This document shows, piece after piece, positions 1 through 12,029 of a stretch of DNA of 64,000 nt. The translations under genes were made by a program, and so were the position numbers. How positions within the stretch are numbered: the first letter of the stretch is position 1; every line of letters starts with the position of its first letter. The notes below the pieces were generated by a model. The model ran no database searches and was not told the origin of the DNA. It saw only the letters and a list, made by a program, of their open reading frames with translations. This DNA comes from Carcharhinus longimanus (Eukaryota). The stretch covers positions 125,606,407-125,670,406 of the forward strand of contig JASCQW010000043.1 in assembly GCA_030264375.1 (NCBI GenBank), in the 5' to 3' direction.

Positions 1-92
1 TCGGTTTTGTGCTCAAGTCTCCAGCATGAGCCTCAAACTCACAACCCTCTGCCTCGAGGGGAGTGCACAGCCCACTGAGCCTCAGTTGACAC
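1..92 (-). mobile_element. 5' tRNA-derived head of a DeuSINE (SacSINE1-like), cut by the window edge
   Basis: Reverse complement reads gtcaactgaggctcagtggg...gggttgtgagttt...ggagacttgagcac, like the fuller copies at 32455 and 35265. Confidence 0.6.
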
Positions 93-329
93 TTTAGAGA
101 TTGCAGACGGGCTGAGAAATTGCAGAGGTAGTTCAATGCAGGGAATCTGCAGTAGATTTTGGGGAAATAATATTGAAAACAAGTGTAGCGTTAATAACTA
201 AGAGCAGAGAAATAAAGAGATCAAGACCTATCTTTAAAGATCGAAGTGTCTGGAAAAGTGTTGGGTAAAACATGGCTGTAAAAAGGCAAATAAAAATCTT
301 CAGGTTAATACACAGGAATATTAATTGAA

Positions 330-700
330 TACCAAGGAAAATAAGTAATGATGGATTTCTGTAAGGCAACCTGAGCCAAAGTTGGAATACTCTGTCCGGT
401 TCTGGGCAAACCATTCTCGGAAGGATAGGAAAATCATGGAAGGATACGTGGCAAAATTTACCAGATGTGTACCAGGAATTAGAGGCTGAGTTATGAAACA
501 GGATATTTCTCATTGGGTCAAGAGGTTAAAAAGGATCAAATTGCAAAAGGACTTGAGAAAGTGAACATGAGATTTGTTTGTTCTGGTTGGCCAATCACTA
601 ACAAGGTGCAAGAGAGAAACTAGAAGAAATGTTTTCACACAAGGGGTAGGAGAGGCTGAAATGCTTTGCTGTAGATAGCTAACAAGTGAATGATAATAAA
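330..700 (+). mobile_element. Decayed CR1 LINE, ORF2 3' fragment
   Basis: ttggaatactctgtccggttctgg...aatttaccagatgtgtaccagga is the [16 protein letters not shown] region seen in better copies in this window. Confidence 0.6.
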
Positions 701-757
701 ATCATCAAAATGACAACAAAGCAATTTGGTGCGAGGGATAGGCCAGAAGATGTGATG

Positions 758-992
758 GGCACAGTGATTAGCACTGCAGCCTCACAGCACCAAGGACCTG
801 GGTTCGATTCCCGGCTTGGGTCACTGTCTGTGTGGGTTTCCTCCAAGTACTCCATACTCCCGATGTGCCAGTTAGGTGGATTGGCCATGGTAAATACACG
901 GGGTTATAGGAAATAAGGCGGGGGATGCTCTTTCAGAGCTTTGGTGTAAACTGAGTGGGCCAAATGGCCTCCTTCTGCACTGTAGGGATTCT
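758..992 (+). mobile_element. HE1/V-SINE-type tRNA-derived SINE with CR1-type tail
   Basis: A-box-like ggcacagtgattagc, B box gggttcgattccc, V-domain gtgggtttcctcc, tail tggcctccttctgcactgtagggattct. Confidence 0.85.
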
Positions 993-1641
993 CTGGATAG
1001 CAGAAAGTTCTAGCCTACCAGTTCGGATCTGCAGACAAAAACACCCCCTTTCCCTCCTTCCAAATTGTGAATTCACATCACTAAACATAGTGACACCTAG
1101 GAATCCTTCCTCTTAGGCTGCCTAGTGAAATGTTCCATAAACATTCATCACAAACAAATTCCACACAACTTGTCTTGGATTGTTACCATGTCCATCCTGC
1201 CTGTGGGCAGGATTTTCAATTCTCCACAGCCCAGCCAATCAGGATCACTAGTCATTAAAGCTGGAACCTCACTGCTGATATTACAGCCCAGGTTGTATTC
1301 ATATAATGTGCTAATCAAGACTACTTTCACTTTTCTTTTTCCTTAATTAATTGAACAGAAAAAATTCTCAAGGATTTCCTGGAAATTTGAGATTTTCCTG
1401 CAACAATAATTCGATAATTGCCATTGCAGAAACTGTGTTTTGACACAATCAAACTCTTGTGACCTTTGATAAACAAATAATGCCAAGATAAAGCAGAGTG
1501 GAAAATGGGAATTCTTACAGAAGAGGCATTTAGAAATCCCAAGGAGAATGATGACTCATTGCCCACCTTACTCTTCATTAGTCTACGTCAATAATACTAG
1601 CTGATATTTTCATTGTCAAAACAGGTCAGGTGGTCAATTAC

Positions 1642-1744
1642 CCATAAGGCACAGCGACTTCCTTGAAAGATCTCCTCCACACACTGTCCAAAGGTTCAGA
1701 CGAGTCAACTTTATCCCTGGGTACATGGCATGAAGAAGATTGGT
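1642..1744 (-). other. Candidate internal exon (103 nt) of an unidentified gene
   Basis: Acceptor ctctgttttcag| and donor TGG|gtaatt in non-repeat sequence. Two frames are open: (D)QSSSCHVPRDKVDSSEPLDSVWRRSFKEVAVPYG or TNLLHAMYPGIKLTRLNLWTVCGGDLSRKSLCLM. No protein recognised. Confidence 0.35.
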
Positions 1745-2359
1745 CTGAAAACAGAGCCAGATCTACCTGGCTGCATACCACACAATCATACAGCACGGGA
1801 GGCGGCTATTTGGCCCATTGTGCATGTGCTAGCTCTTTGAATGATCTATCCAATTAGTCCCCCTCATCTGCTCTCTCTCTCTTTCTTCCTAGCCTTCCAA
1901 TTTTCACCTATCCACTTCCCTTTTGTTACTGCCGAATTCTTTTCAGCAATGATTCTGGATTGCATTTTGACACAATCAGCTCATTTCACCTCCGGAACGT
2001 TTGAGTCTGCAATCTCTTACCCATTACCTGACAACTCGAGCTCTAACATATATGGAATTTCCCTATTATCTGCAGCAAGCATTCCCTTTGATAATCTGGT
2101 AAGCATTAGAGCTCTGTTTGATACATACTGTTAAAAAGCACAGCACTAAATCATGCTGCCAAATGTTCAGCATTATAAAAACTGCCGTCAATAAATTTAG
2201 AAATTTATAAAAAAAAGTCAATAATACAGAGTGAGTTCAGTCTGTAACACGAGATTAGAATGGCAATGAACCTGGTCAGTCTCTTCCAGGTGTCCCTTCA
2301 TTCACAAGGCAACACGATAAATACTTTGACATATTGAAGTTCAACTGTATTGCAGGTGA

Positions 2360-2440
2360 CACGCAACCTGTAGTCCCACACGCAGCCTGTAGTCCCAATC
2401 TAGCAACACTGCTCCTACTCCCGCCGCCATTTTTGCGCAG
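2360..2440. promoter_or_regulatory. Promoter-like motif cluster: 19-bp tandem duplication with ACTACA-type motif, RFX half-site, YY1 site
   Basis: cacgca(a/g)cctgtagtccca twice at 2360-2397, ctagcaac at about 2400, ccgccatttt at 2424-2433. Confidence 0.4.
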
Positions 2441-3122
2441 TAATTAAGGGGGTAATCACCTCGAGTTGCCTGTGTGCTGCAGAACGGTGCATCATTCTCT
2501 CTCAACGTTGCCTCTGTTCCATTCTCGCCTCAGTAAAATTGGAACCTGATGGATCTGACTTCTGCCTCGACTTCAGAGGCCAGAGACTGAGTCATGTTGA
2601 AAGCATTCAGAAGTTGTTTGAACACTAGTGACTGATTCTCTCCTCCAGTCACCTGCTGATACTGGCCAGGTGTTTCAAGGGTATCTTCAGGCACTAGAAT
2701 TCAGACAGGGAAAAGTCTCTGCCAACCCTTTGTCTGGGATTGTGCATTCCTCTCACAGATGGTGGATCACCACAGCACAGACAGCATTTCAACCTCACTC
2801 CTCACAAATTTCTCCAAATATCATCAAATGTCATCAAAAATCAAGATATGAAGTTATACTACATAAACAAATACTTAACAGGTAATTTACAGTAAAGTTA
2901 TCTCCTCGCCATACAATCATTCGTATTATACAAAACACAGCATTTGTTCTTTTTTAAAAAAAAGGTGTTTTGCAATCCCCTTCCCTGATAGAATGCAGAT
3001 ATAAGGTGCAGAGTCATGAGTACAGTGCTGAAGGATGCCATTCCACTGTGGTGAATGTGTTACATGCATTTCACTAACCAAGTCACTTCCACCCATTCTA
3101 CCCTCCACACCTAATCCTGACA

Positions 3123-3262
3123 AAACAAGAATAGAAAATGCTGGACAATCTCAGCAAGTCTGACAGAATCTATGGAGAGAACACAGAGCCAACATTGAGA
3201 ATCTGGGGGACTCCTTGGTCAGGGCTTTTGTTTCATATTCCGGTCTCCACGGTATTTTCCTT
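3123..3262. mobile_element. Penelope-type non-autonomous element, internally deleted
   Basis: aaaatgctggacaatctcagcaagtctgacagaatctatggagaga arm matches copies at 22330, 32665 and 52411. Confidence 0.6.
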
Positions 3263-4009
3263 TAACCGAACAGAACAAAGGTCGGTTAAAGGTTTTTCCA
3301 AGGAGCCAGTTCCTCTGTCGGTGGATTGCTTCACCTATTAGCTGCTATTGGGGAATGTAAATTCCAGGTGTGGTTGAACTCGGGATATTTCTTTGGATAA
3401 AGCGGCAGTCTCGTGGTGACAGGGGTGGAGATGAGTGATCACTGGAAAATCCTCAGGGTGTTGCCATTAGCAAACTATTGACTGCAAATTTAGCAATAAT
3501 ACATTTGATGAATTCCCATTACTATGATAAATGCAATACTGTTAAGTAGGCAGTTTGCTTCTAATGAGGTGTTTCTGCTTTGCTTGCCAAAAATGGCAAA
3601 GGCCTTTCAAAGTAAAATATTAGTTTGGTGGTGATTTTATTGAATCACTGCGCACAGAAGGAACCCATTCAGCCCATCTTGACTGTACCAGCTCTTTCAA
3701 AAAGACATCCAATTGGTTGCACTCTTATCCCACAGCTCTGCATTTTTGTTCATTTCAACTATTTATCTCATTCCCTTTTGATAGTTTCTGAATCTCTTTC
3801 CACTGCTCTCAACTTAGAAATTGAAGCAGACTCCAAAATCAATTGCAGCCGTTGAGAAGATTGCATCCACTAATGGTCCAAACATGACAAAGGCCTCTGC
3901 ATTCAGATGTCTTTTATTCTTGTACTTGAAGCTTGTTTAAGGTATCTGGGCTGTCAGAGATATGAAGTGCCCAAATCCCACTCCTGAACTGGAATGCCAA
4001 ATGAACAAA

Positions 4010-4497
4010 ACTTGACCTGGATGTCCCAAAGTGCTTTTTAGCCAATGAAGCATTTTTTTGAACTGTGGTCACTGTAAGAAACACAGCAGCCAGTTTAGTT
4101 TAGTTTAGAACATAGAACATAGAACATAGAACATTACAGCGCAGAACAGGCCCTTCGGCCCACGATGTTGCACCGACCAGNNNNNNNNNNNNNNNNNNNN
4201 NNNNNNNNNNNNNNNNNNNNNTAACCACTGTGTCACCGTGCTGCTCACATTTACGCACAGCAAGATCTCAAAAACAGCAATGTGACAGCAACCAGACAAT
4301 CTGTTTTTAATGATTTTGCACAAGGATTATATATTGACCAGGAAGCCAGTGAGAATTCCTTTGTCCTTCTTTACATGCACCTTGAGGGGGTAGACAGGGC
4401 TTTATTTTACACCTCATCTGAAAGACAGCATCATCAACAATGCGGCACTCCCTCAGCACTGACCCTCTGACAGTGCGGCACTCCCTCAGCACTGACC
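4010..4497 (-). mobile_element. DeuSINE (SacSINE1-like) interrupted by a younger SINE
   Basis: Tail gtcccaaagtgctttttagccaatgaag, Deu-like core gcacagcaagatctcaaaaacagcaatg, duplicated gcggcactccctcagcactgacc unit. Confidence 0.75.
4094..4247 (-). mobile_element. HE1-type SINE nested in the DeuSINE (partly N gap)
   Basis: (agaacat)n tail, caggcccttcggcccacgatg CR1-type 3' end, head taaccactgtgtcaccgtgctgc. Confidence 0.7.
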
Positions 4498-5661
4498 AGT
4501 CCATTGCATGACAAAGATTGATTGAATCCATTGACTAAACCATAGACAGTTCAGACTTGATTACAGTCTCTCTCTCTCTCTCTGGGAGGTGAGGCAGGGC
4601 TGCGGGTGAGGGGGACTCTAAAACAAAAGATATGATAAACCAGAACAATTTGTGACAAAGAACAAGAAGTGACCCTCCGTGTGTACACAGTGATAGCAAT
4701 ATAATAATACTGATTGGAGCAAGAACTGTTTACCTTTTATTGACTTAGAAAAAGCAAAGGAATATTACCAATGAAAATTCAGAGTCTGAAATTTTTAGGA
4801 GTGATGAAATGGTTTAAAGTTGGGAGGAGAACAGTGATTACCAAAGTGAAGATTTTTGCACTGCAGCCAATTTATTGCTAAAGATTATTGTGGTAAAGCA
4901 GTTACCCAGAAAGTCAGTGACATCTCCAGGCCTGCGCACTGGTTGATGCATTAAACTTTGATAGGTTCACTGGGGATGCAAAGAGCCTTTGACCCACCCC
5001 TCACCACCCACTGTTCCCTCCCCCAGACCAGACGAGACTGTCAGGAGATTGTTTGTGTGTCTGTGTGTTGTAGACTACATTATAAGAGAGTGTGAGTCAT
5101 GTGCAAGGTTCAGCCTCCATGTGCTTCAAGAGATTGAGGTATTGCTGATAACAAAGCGCTCTCCCGTTCTCCTGACTCTGTGGATTGAACGGACATAATT
5201 TAGATTCAGAGAATCAGCATGAAGGAGAGATCAGTTTCATTCTTCATTTTGCCAGAGGCATTCCTTTGGGGTTGGGGGAGGGTGGTTGGCAGGGGGTGGG
5301 GGTAACTCATTGGAGCTTTGGTGGGAACTGTTGGGTTGCCCCCAGCAGAGGAAATGCCTTCCCCAGCATGAACCTAATGCCACCCACCATGCTGCCTTAG
5401 CTCCCTGGNNNNNNNNNNNNNNNNNNNNNNNNNNNNNNNNNNNNNNNNNNNNNNNNNNNNNNNNNNNNNNNNNNNNNNNNNNNNNNNNNNNNNNNNNNNN
5501 NNNNNNNNNNNNNNNNNNNNNNNNNNNNNNNNNNNNNNNNNNNNNNNNNNNNNNNNNNNNNNNNNNNNNNNNNNNNNNNNNNNNNNNNNNNNNNNNNNNN
5601 NNNNNNNNNNNNNNNNNNNNNNNNNNNNNNNNNNNNNNNNNNNNNNNNNNNNNNNNNNNNN

Positions 5662-5790
5662 CATGGCAAGCCGCTTCACAGGAGCAATCAAACATATTTC
5701 ACATGGAACCACAAAGAGAGATATTATGACAGGTACCCAAAAGTTTGGTTAAAGAGCTAACTTCCAAGAAGTGTCCTATAGAAGGAAAGT
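5662..5790 (-). mobile_element. L2-type LINE 3' end
   Basis: cgcttcacaggagcaatcaaaca...gagatattatgacagg...aaagtttggttaaagag is the reverse complement of the tail type at 30150-30590. Confidence 0.55.
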
Positions 5791-5944
5791 GCCACAGTAA
5801 AGGCAGGCTGTGTCAGGAGTACAAAGGGGATTTGTTCATCGAGGTTGGCACTCTCGGCTGCCCCAGACGCTACAGGTCTTCTAGATGTCTTCTGTCCCAG
5901 ATACGACTCCATCCCCTGGGTGATTACCTACTCTCAATCCTAAC

Positions 5945-6197
5945 TGAGAGTTTAGGTAGATATTTCGGTAAGAATTTAAGTAGATTCTTTACTCAGAGTG
6001 GTTGGAGTGTGGAATGCACTGCCTGCTGTGATAGCGGAGTCAGACACTTTAGGAACTTTCAAATGGTTATTGGATAGGCACATGGAGCACATCAGAATGA
6101 TAGGGAGTGGGATAGCTTGATCTTGGGTTTGGACATAGCTTGGGACAACACTGAGGGCTGAAGGGGCTGTCCTGTGCTGTAATGTTCTATGTTTCTA
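5945..6197 (+). mobile_element. CR1 LINE 3' end
   Basis: ttctttactcagagtggttggagtgtggaatgcactgcct...ctgtcctgtgctgtaatgttctatgtttcta. Confidence 0.8.
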
Positions 6198-8099
6198 ATT
6201 AATCAACCAAACCAGGAGATTTTCTTCTGCTGTGTTGTCCTTAAGGGGACAATCACCACTGTGATGATAGTATTCTATAGATATATTTTATGTTTCAGGG
6301 GGGATGTTTTAAAATTCAGCTTTATTGAACAGGCAGTTGGTATGTCTGGAGGGAATGCAGCTCACATGCTGGAAAAGCAAGAAACACAAACATGGAAACA
6401 TTCTTTGCAAAGGTTCTTTTGTTATCAGTTGTTACTTTCATGGAAGAATAGCAAGTCCTAGGCAAACTGCATTTTTAATCCTGAGCCAACAGTTTAGAAA
6501 TTATATTGTGCAGATTGTGATTGACTCTGAGTTACTGGGGAGCAATATTAGCCCATTCACAGGAGGTTAACATTCCTTCCAGGATGAACATGTTCTTTAC
6601 ACTCCCGCTGCACAAACAGGAGAACCCTCAACAAAAGAAGTCTTGCTCAAGGATCCCATTATATATCCTGAAACAAAGGCAGAGCACAAATAGCTTGTTG
6701 TCCCATAGTTTGGTAAAGTTCACAGACAGAAGTTATAAAGCACTTATTCGTCATCCAAAACATTTCCGTAACCCTTATCCTTTTATGTTCTGAACCAGTC
6801 CACAAGCTCCGTGAAGCTGTGCTGAATGAGACTGAGATTTCACAAGCTTCGTTTTTAGGTTTACACCGCTGGTCAGCATGCAGTTATAAGCCAGATGCTT
6901 CTCAGCTGACTTTTTTTTTGAAACACAGTGACTCACAGTTCCAAGATCCAGTATCCCATTTCATACAAGCCCTTCCTGTCAACTGCACCAATTTCACCAG
7001 GCTGCACATTTTTGTTCAACTGACTGACTGAAAACTAATTCCCGAGTGACTCTCTCAGTTAAGCGCTGCGATGAATTTCTCAAGTCCAAAAAAATGTCTG
7101 CGAGGGAGGCACAGCGCTGTGGTCTCTGTATTAACATCCCAAAAAAAAAAGAAGCCACAAACCGAAACAACAGAAGCACTGAAAAAAAAATGGATGCATA
7201 TAAAAGCCAGACCCCGGAATTCCAGTTTAACAGCGTTAATTAGATGATTTCTGCTCAACTCTCTTAAAACTAGGCACCCAGGCAAGCACAGAAAAAAAAA
7301 GTGTTGGGACCGAACAAAAGCACTGTTATGTGGTTGAGAGGAAGGACTCGGTTTCACCGGATTGTCAGTAGTTTGGACAGGGCCGCGTGCTGTGTAACTA
7401 GGCTGCACAAGTTATTTCTGGCAAGCGTTTTGGCTTCATAAAAGTTTCACAGATGTATAGTCTGTTCAAGTAATGTGTTGCAGCCTTTAAATTCACTAAC
7501 ACAAAGTTTCTTGACATACATATAAAAAAAAAACAACAAATGGTTAGCAGAAGGAAAAGTTACTGTTATGAGAGGTCCTTGTGTTTTAAACTCTTAACTG
7601 AAACAATGCAGGGATGTCAGGCAACAGAGCAAAGGTGTCACGCTCTTCCTAGGTGAAGAGTTATTTTAATTGGGGATACCTAATAATATGGCTTCAAAAT
7701 CTTCTCAGTGGAGAAAAATAGCCTGTGTGTTAAAAAACACAAGAGCAATAAATTATTGGATGTGGAATCAAAAATCCTCTGTTTTTATACATTGTCCTTT
7801 TGAGACTTCTTATTAAATTCCCTACTGCAGCTGTAACCTGCCAAACCAAATTGCTGTCCCCAGTAACAGTTCTGTTCCGTTATTTCATTTAAGCAGTATG
7901 TGTCCAAATTACAGATTCCAATTCCTGCAGAGAGACCACAACTGTACCAGAAAGTACTTTTCTATTACAAGCCTTGCCTTTTAACCTTGGCATTTAAACT
8001 GAACAGGGTTTAAAGTCACAGGACACCCTGTGAAACAGATGCAACCACCAGAAGCAACTGGGTGATGGCAGCGTACACTGCAGACCTGCATTAACTTAC

Positions 8100-8182
8100 C
8101 TTCTCTTGTATCTCCAACTGCATGGCTTAGCAACTCCCTTCTGACAGCCAGGGACAGAGTCTGAACATTCAGGCACTTTCTC
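8100..8182 (-). other. Candidate exon ending gccATG-MQLEIQEK at a perfect donor
   Basis: AAG|gtaagt (intron starts 8099), aagccATG at 8123, possible acceptor gcttgtag| before 8182. Confidence 0.35.
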
Positions 8183-8794
8183 CTACAAGCAGCAATGTTC
8201 AGGTGTGCGTCTAGCATTCGATATTTGTTTCGCTGCTGAGCCGAACATTTCCCAAACCTTCAAATTTATCACCCAGGTTTTAAAAAAAAGCATTTAAGTC
8301 AAAAGCTTCCACTTCTTTTGAATGATCCTGGACTCTATCAAGTTTGCAAAGTACAAAGGTACAGGCTGCAGCATGGAAAGGCAAACTGTCAAGAGTTGTG
8401 GTGTCACAGGTCATGCTGTTGAGATAGAAAAGAGACTTGTTGCGACACAACCATCAGCTTGAAGATTGGCTTGAATAGCCAGCATGTACACACAGGAACA
8501 CAAACACGCTAGTTAATGGAAATCCATGTAGTGTTTGCACAATGATCTTACTAACCGGAGAACTGATAAATTCAATGACAATGGTGGTGATTTTCCCTGA
8601 ATATGTTTGAACTCAACAAGAGTGCTAACCTTCCCGTCTGCCCAGCTAGAGGAAGGAGCTCTTGACTCTGCACATGGGACAGAGCTATTCTGACACACAG
8701 GATGGCAACATTCCCAAGGTGGAGATTGTCTCACCTGCTTCAGCCAACCACAAATAGCTGGGCCTATGGCTCCACCTAAACTTTCCTTTCACTC

Positions 8795-9425
8795 CTTCAT
8801 GGAACATGGTGTCACTGCCAAGGCCAAGATTTATTGCCCATCTCTAGTTGCCCTTGAAGTGTTAGTGAGCCACCTTCTTGAAGCTCTGCAGTCCATGTGG
8901 TGTAGGGAAGGAACTGCAGGATATTGATCCAGTGACAGTGATGGAACAGTAAGGTATTCCCAAGTGGCTTGCAAGAGGATGACATCCCCATGTACCTGCT
9001 TCCCTCGCCTTTCCAGATGATTGCAGTTGTGGGTTTGGAAGGTGCTGCTACAGGAATATCAGTGTTCGTATGGATGGTGCAGACGGCTGTCACTGTGTGT
9101 CAGTGCTGGATAATTATTCACATTGTCAGGTAGTGCCAGGGTTGCAGCTGTACTGAAACAGCTTGGCTAAGGGTGTGGCTAGTTCCACAGCACAAGTCTT
9201 CAGTGCTTTGCCAGAATATTGCCAAGGCCCATAAGCCTTTAGAGCATCCAGTGCCTTCAGCCATTCCTTGTCATCATGTGGAGTGAGGTAAATTGGCTGA
9301 AGACTGACATCTGTGATGCTGGGGGCTTCAAGAGAAGGCTGAGATGGATCATCCACTTGGTACATCTGCCCAAAGCTGATTGTAAATGCTTCAACTTGTC
9401 TTTTACGTTGATGTGATGGGGGTCC
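8795..9425 (-). mobile_element. Non-LTR retrotransposon fragments (CR1/L2 group) with the tail shared by the Meta-type SINE
   Basis: Tail atttattgcccatctctagttgcccttga; RT-region remnant LKTCAVELATPLAKLFQYS in ORF 9126..9365. Confidence 0.75.
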
Positions 9426-9431
9426 CCATCA

Positions 9432-9625
9432 GGTGGCATGGTAGCCCAGTGGTTAGCACTGCTGCTTCACAGCACCAAGGACCTCTGGGTTCGATTCCCA
9501 GCTTCAGTCACCGTCTATACAGAGTCTGCATGTTCTCCCCATGTCTGTGTGGGTTTCCTCTGGGTGCTACAGTTTCCTCCCACAGTCCAAAAATGTGCGG
9601 GTTATGCTAAATTTCCCTGAGTGTC
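9432..9625 (+). mobile_element. HE1/V-SINE-type SINE, 3' truncated
   Basis: ggcatggtagcccagtggttagcactgctgc, gggttcgattccc, V-domain. Confidence 0.85.
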
Positions 9626-11794
9626 AGGGGGACGGGGACGACCGTGAAATAGATTCATCACAAACTTTCTTTCCTGAGTATCTGAAATAATCAAACTAAG
9701 TGTTCAAATGAAATAAAAGATTCAAACAACATATATTTTTAAATTAAAAAAATCCACTGTCTTGTGAATTTTAACTTGCCAGATGAGTGTTTACGTGAAT
9801 CTGTCTCTCTCTCTAAAGGATGAGCTTTATTACGATGGTTTTGCCCAGATAGGAAGTTTAATTGTGCAGTTTGTCAGAGCATTGCTAGCTGTACTGGTGG
9901 AATATCTTCTTTTAGCTTTGAGAAAATCCTGCTGCACTCTTTATTCAAATTACTCTGATTAGTAAACCAGAATACAAATTTCCAAAGCTTTACTCAGGTA
10001 AAATCTAGGATGAGTCTGACAGAGTGAAACAAGATGAGAAAAAACAATGACAGTACCACGATTCCATTCCTATTGAAACTCAAGAGGCCTGTGCTCAAAT
10101 CCCACTAAAGCAACTTGTGTAATTGTTTCAATAAATCTGGTCATTTATAGGCTGGCAAATGATCATTAAGCTACCATACTGCTGTAACAACACCAATGAT
10201 AATGTCCTAAGTGCCCCACGATTATTGACTTACACAGGACTCTGTGGTTGCTTCTCAGTATCAGTCTGTCGCGCCTTGCAAACAATCCAGTTATAAAACA
10301 ATTGATAAATATCAGGTGGCCCTATTGGCACTGACACAGTCAGCAGATCAGGTCGAGACTTTGGGAATCTTGGGCTGATCAAGCCTTTGCGACATCCTTC
10401 CTCCCAACATCAAAGGACTGGTGTCTGTGGGAGTGGCTTGTCTCCAGGTATCTATCAGCCAACATGCCAGACCCCTCTGTTACCAGCAAGAACAGAAAGA
10501 ACAATAATCAGAATGCAGGAGGACAGACAAGAGAGAAACAGCATGAGGAAGGGAGGGGTTAGAAACCGTGTTCTCAGACATCACGGGATAGAGCAGGTTA
10601 AAGGAATCCATAATGACGTCAACATTATAAAAGTAGCAAGAAGGTTTTCACTGCCACTAGCAGACTGAAAAAGGTCAATTATGAGCGGTAACTTGCAGAC
10701 TTGAAAAATACACTGCTTTGAAAATTGAAACTGGAGGAATGGAGAGCATAAATATTCCGCTTCATCTTAATACCTCCACCTTTGATCAGAAGTCTCCAAA
10801 TAAACTCTCTATGATCTCGCATTTAGTTCCCTCCCCTTAATCTTTCCCATCCCTCGATTGAAAGCTTGCAAATCTCTCTGGGACAGTCCTCCATGCAGCA
10901 GGAAGCAGTATAATAAATGCACGTTGTAACAGCGGTAAATTTATACTGCAGTTTCTTAATCGGTTACAGTGCAGCACACAGAGAAATCAAAACCTTCCAT
11001 CAGATTATCACAATCATCATAATTCTTCTCTAATGTCAACAGAATCTGTGCACACAGAGTCAGAGAGGTTTACAGCATGGAAACAAAACCCTTTGGCCCA
11101 ACTGGTCCATGCCACACTGCCTTTTCACCCCAATTGCCCATATTTGGCCCATATCCCTTTATACCCATCGCACCAATGTAACTACCTAAATGCTTTTTAA
11201 AAGATAATTGAGAACATTTAGAAGATAAAAGAACATTGAGAAATAATTCTCAGGAAAAGAATACTGGGATACCGGCACGTCACAATTCCCTGTATTTATA
11301 TAGAAGTACTTCCAACAGTCACAAACAACAACTTGGGAGTATTCTGAGAATTGATACTCAAATGTTTGAATTTTATGCTGATAAGATCCCTTGGTTCTGA
11401 ATAGGCAGTTTTACAGCAGGAAGTGATTTTTATAAAGTTAGTAGCTCCCCAGTAGTGTCTCTTTATAACTGACAGTTAAAACAAATCAAACACACTTTTG
11501 ATTTGGTTATTTCTGAATGCCAATTGATGTGTTTTCTTGAAGCAATCGACACTGATATTATTGTTATTCAGTCATGAGGTTATCTGGGAGACCCAGTTTG
11601 TGTTAACCCAGCTCCTTTATGTAACTGCTCAATATCATTCCACATGTTACTGCTCTCTTCACAAGCGCCTGAATACTCAAAACAGCAACTAGGCTGTGGT
11701 ACTAAACTCAAAGGGAAATCATCCCAAAAATACTTAACCCAATTTTCTCAAACATCCCCAATCCAAATCGCAGAACAATACCTCTCTCCTCTTC

Positions 11795-12015
11795 ATAGAG
11801 CCATAGAATCCTACAGTGCAGGAGACCATTTGGCCCATCAAGTCTGCACCAACACTCTGACAGAGCATCTTCCCAGGCCCTCTTCCCCACCCTATCCGTG
11901 TAGCCCCTCACATTTACCATGGGTAATTCATCTGATCTTAGGGCACGAAATTTACCATGGCCAATCCACCTAACCTGCATGTCCTTCAAACTGTGGGATG
12001 AAACCAGAGCACCCA
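11795..12015 (-). mobile_element. HE1-type SINE, 3' part
   Basis: catagaatcctacagtgcaggagaccatttggccc...catggccaatccacctaacctgca. Confidence 0.75.
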
Positions 12016-12029
12016 TCGTCTATCTCAAC

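Noticed and set aside
758-830. tRNA-like A and B boxes here and in other SINE heads as tRNA genes
   Set aside because: They continue into SINE bodies and LINE-derived tails, and no complete cloverleaf is evident.
1642-1744. Candidate exon as the next TMEM67 exon (compatible phase 1 to 2)
   Set aside because: No similarity to the expected WLLTRRIFLVD segment, and shorter than the recalled exon.
8100-8123. MQLEIQ matches the N-terminus of TOB1
   Set aside because: TOB1 continues VALNFIISYL without an intron, whereas this frame ends at a donor with no BTG domain.
10230-10450. Faint resemblance to an LF-SINE-like sequence
   Set aside because: Only short scattered matches from memory; not supportable without an alignment.
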